A stretch of 64,000 nt of DNA from Gemmatimonadota bacterium (GTDB lineage: Bacteria; Gemmatimonadota; Gemmatimonadetes; Palauibacterales; Palauibacteraceae), in the NCBI GenBank assembly GCA_046757845.1, contig JBHHYZ010000007.1:7896-71895 (forward strand). Reading direction: 5' to 3'. Made by a program: the position numbers and the translations under genes. Below the pieces are notes generated by a model. That model did no database searches, was not told the origin of the DNA, and saw only the letters and a program-made list of their open reading frames with translations. Below are positions 63,475 through 64,000 of this stretch, piece by piece; the stretch's first letter is position 1; the number at the start of each line of letters is the position of its first letter.

Positions 63475-64000
63475 GTGCTCGCGACGACACAGATCATCCT
63501 TCGAGAGATCCGACTCCCGCTGCGCGAACCGTTCCGCATCTCTTCCGGGACCACCACGCACCGGCGCATCGCTCTGCTCGAGCTCCGTGACGCCGACGGA
63601 CACCGCGCCTGGTCGGAATGCGTGGCCGGAGAGCGACCCAACTACAGCCCGGAAACCATCGACACCGCGTGGCTGGCCATCCGGGAGTGGCTGGCGCCGC
63701 GCGTTCTGGAGCACGAGTTCGCCGAGCCCGCACGGGTCGCCCCGGCCCTGGCCGATGGAATCCGAGGCCACCGCATGGCCAAGGCCGCCGTCGAGATGGG
63801 AATGTGGGCGCTGGCGGCCGAGCGCGAGGGGCTCCCGCTCTCCGTTCGGCTGGGCGGAACCCGCGAGCACATCGAAACCGGAATCTCGCTCGGCATCCAA
63901 CCCACGCCCGCAGCCCTCGCGGAGAAGGTTCGCGAGGCGCTCGCCGCGGGCTACCGGAAGGTCAAGCTCAAGATCCGCCCGGGAGAGGATCTGGCCAACG
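63475..64000 (+). CDS. enolase-superfamily protein, o-succinylbenzoate synthase / N-acylamino-acid racemase-like (3' partial at window edge)
   Basis: Open frame absent from the ORF track because it has no stop inside the window. My translation from GTG 63475 is VLATTQIILREIRLPLREPFRISSGTTTHRRIALLELRDADGHRAWSECVAGERPNYSPETIDTAW...GISLGIQPTPAALAEKVREALAAGYRKVKLKIRPGEDL. An in-frame TGA lies at 63439-63441. Confidence 0.75.
   Translation, partial: MLATTQIILREIRLPLREPFRISSGTTTHRRIALLELRDADGHRAWSECVAGERPNYSPETIDTAWLAIREWLAPRVLEHEFAEPARVAPALADGIRGHRMAKAAVEMGMWALAAEREGLPLSVRLGGTREHIETGISLGIQPTPAALAEKVREALAAGYRKVKLKIRPGEDLAN

Overview
GC-rich bacterial chromosomal segment (roughly two-thirds G+C by eye, not computed). 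It holds about 55 protein-coding genes packed tightly, often with 4-nt or 8-nt stop/start overlaps. I found no rRNA, tRNA, CRISPR array, transposase, integrase or large nucleotide repeat by eye. The gene content (DUF5916, a CRTAC1/ASPIC FG-GAP protein, many secreted S9/M16/M24/S41 peptidases, Arg-rich N-termini) suggests a Gemmatimonadota-like soil or sediment lineage; that is inference only.

Layout:
- 1-13.2 kb: one long minus-strand housekeeping array. It runs decayed hemW, dprA, obg, a CMD/asparaginase-II-like/DUF2064 trio, lipoprotein, S41 protease, tmk, inositol-phosphate synthase plus CDP-alcohol phosphatidyltransferase, ylbF-like, prmC, prfA, rpmE.
- 13.5-22.3 kb: secreted and periplasmic functions (penicillin-acylase family, DinB, PD40, M24 peptidase, YfcC transporter).
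- 22.3-32.2 kb: marR-MFP-RND-TolC efflux operon, followed co-directionally by a small beta-barrel gene and an M16 peptidase pair.
- 32.3-42 kb: S9 peptidase, mtnA-apaG-nnrE-cupin, NSS transporter, DUF5916.
- 42.1-57.9 kb: an uninterrupted minus-strand array of 12 genes.

Most notable content:
- A complete Thauera-type benzoyl-CoA reductase module (oah-like, dch-like, bcrCBAD-like, had-like).
- A fused membrane cytochrome b-like / pentahaem c protein coupled to a CRTAC1/ASPIC-TPR protein and DUF2721.
- An S9 peptidase fused to an FGE/SUMF1 domain.
- Upstream of the array, a TetR gene followed by a secreted protein made of two tandem copies of a His-rich domain. Its HH...HxH...YDNPTG...GGM pattern resembles type II copper monooxygenases (PHM/DBH).
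- A Cys3 Rrf2 regulator convergent with a 12-TM protein fused to DUF2249 and ScdA_N-like domains.

Many very long ORFs in the track are antisense or out-of-frame shadows typical of high-GC DNA and were not called. Several real genes were trimmed to internal start codons.
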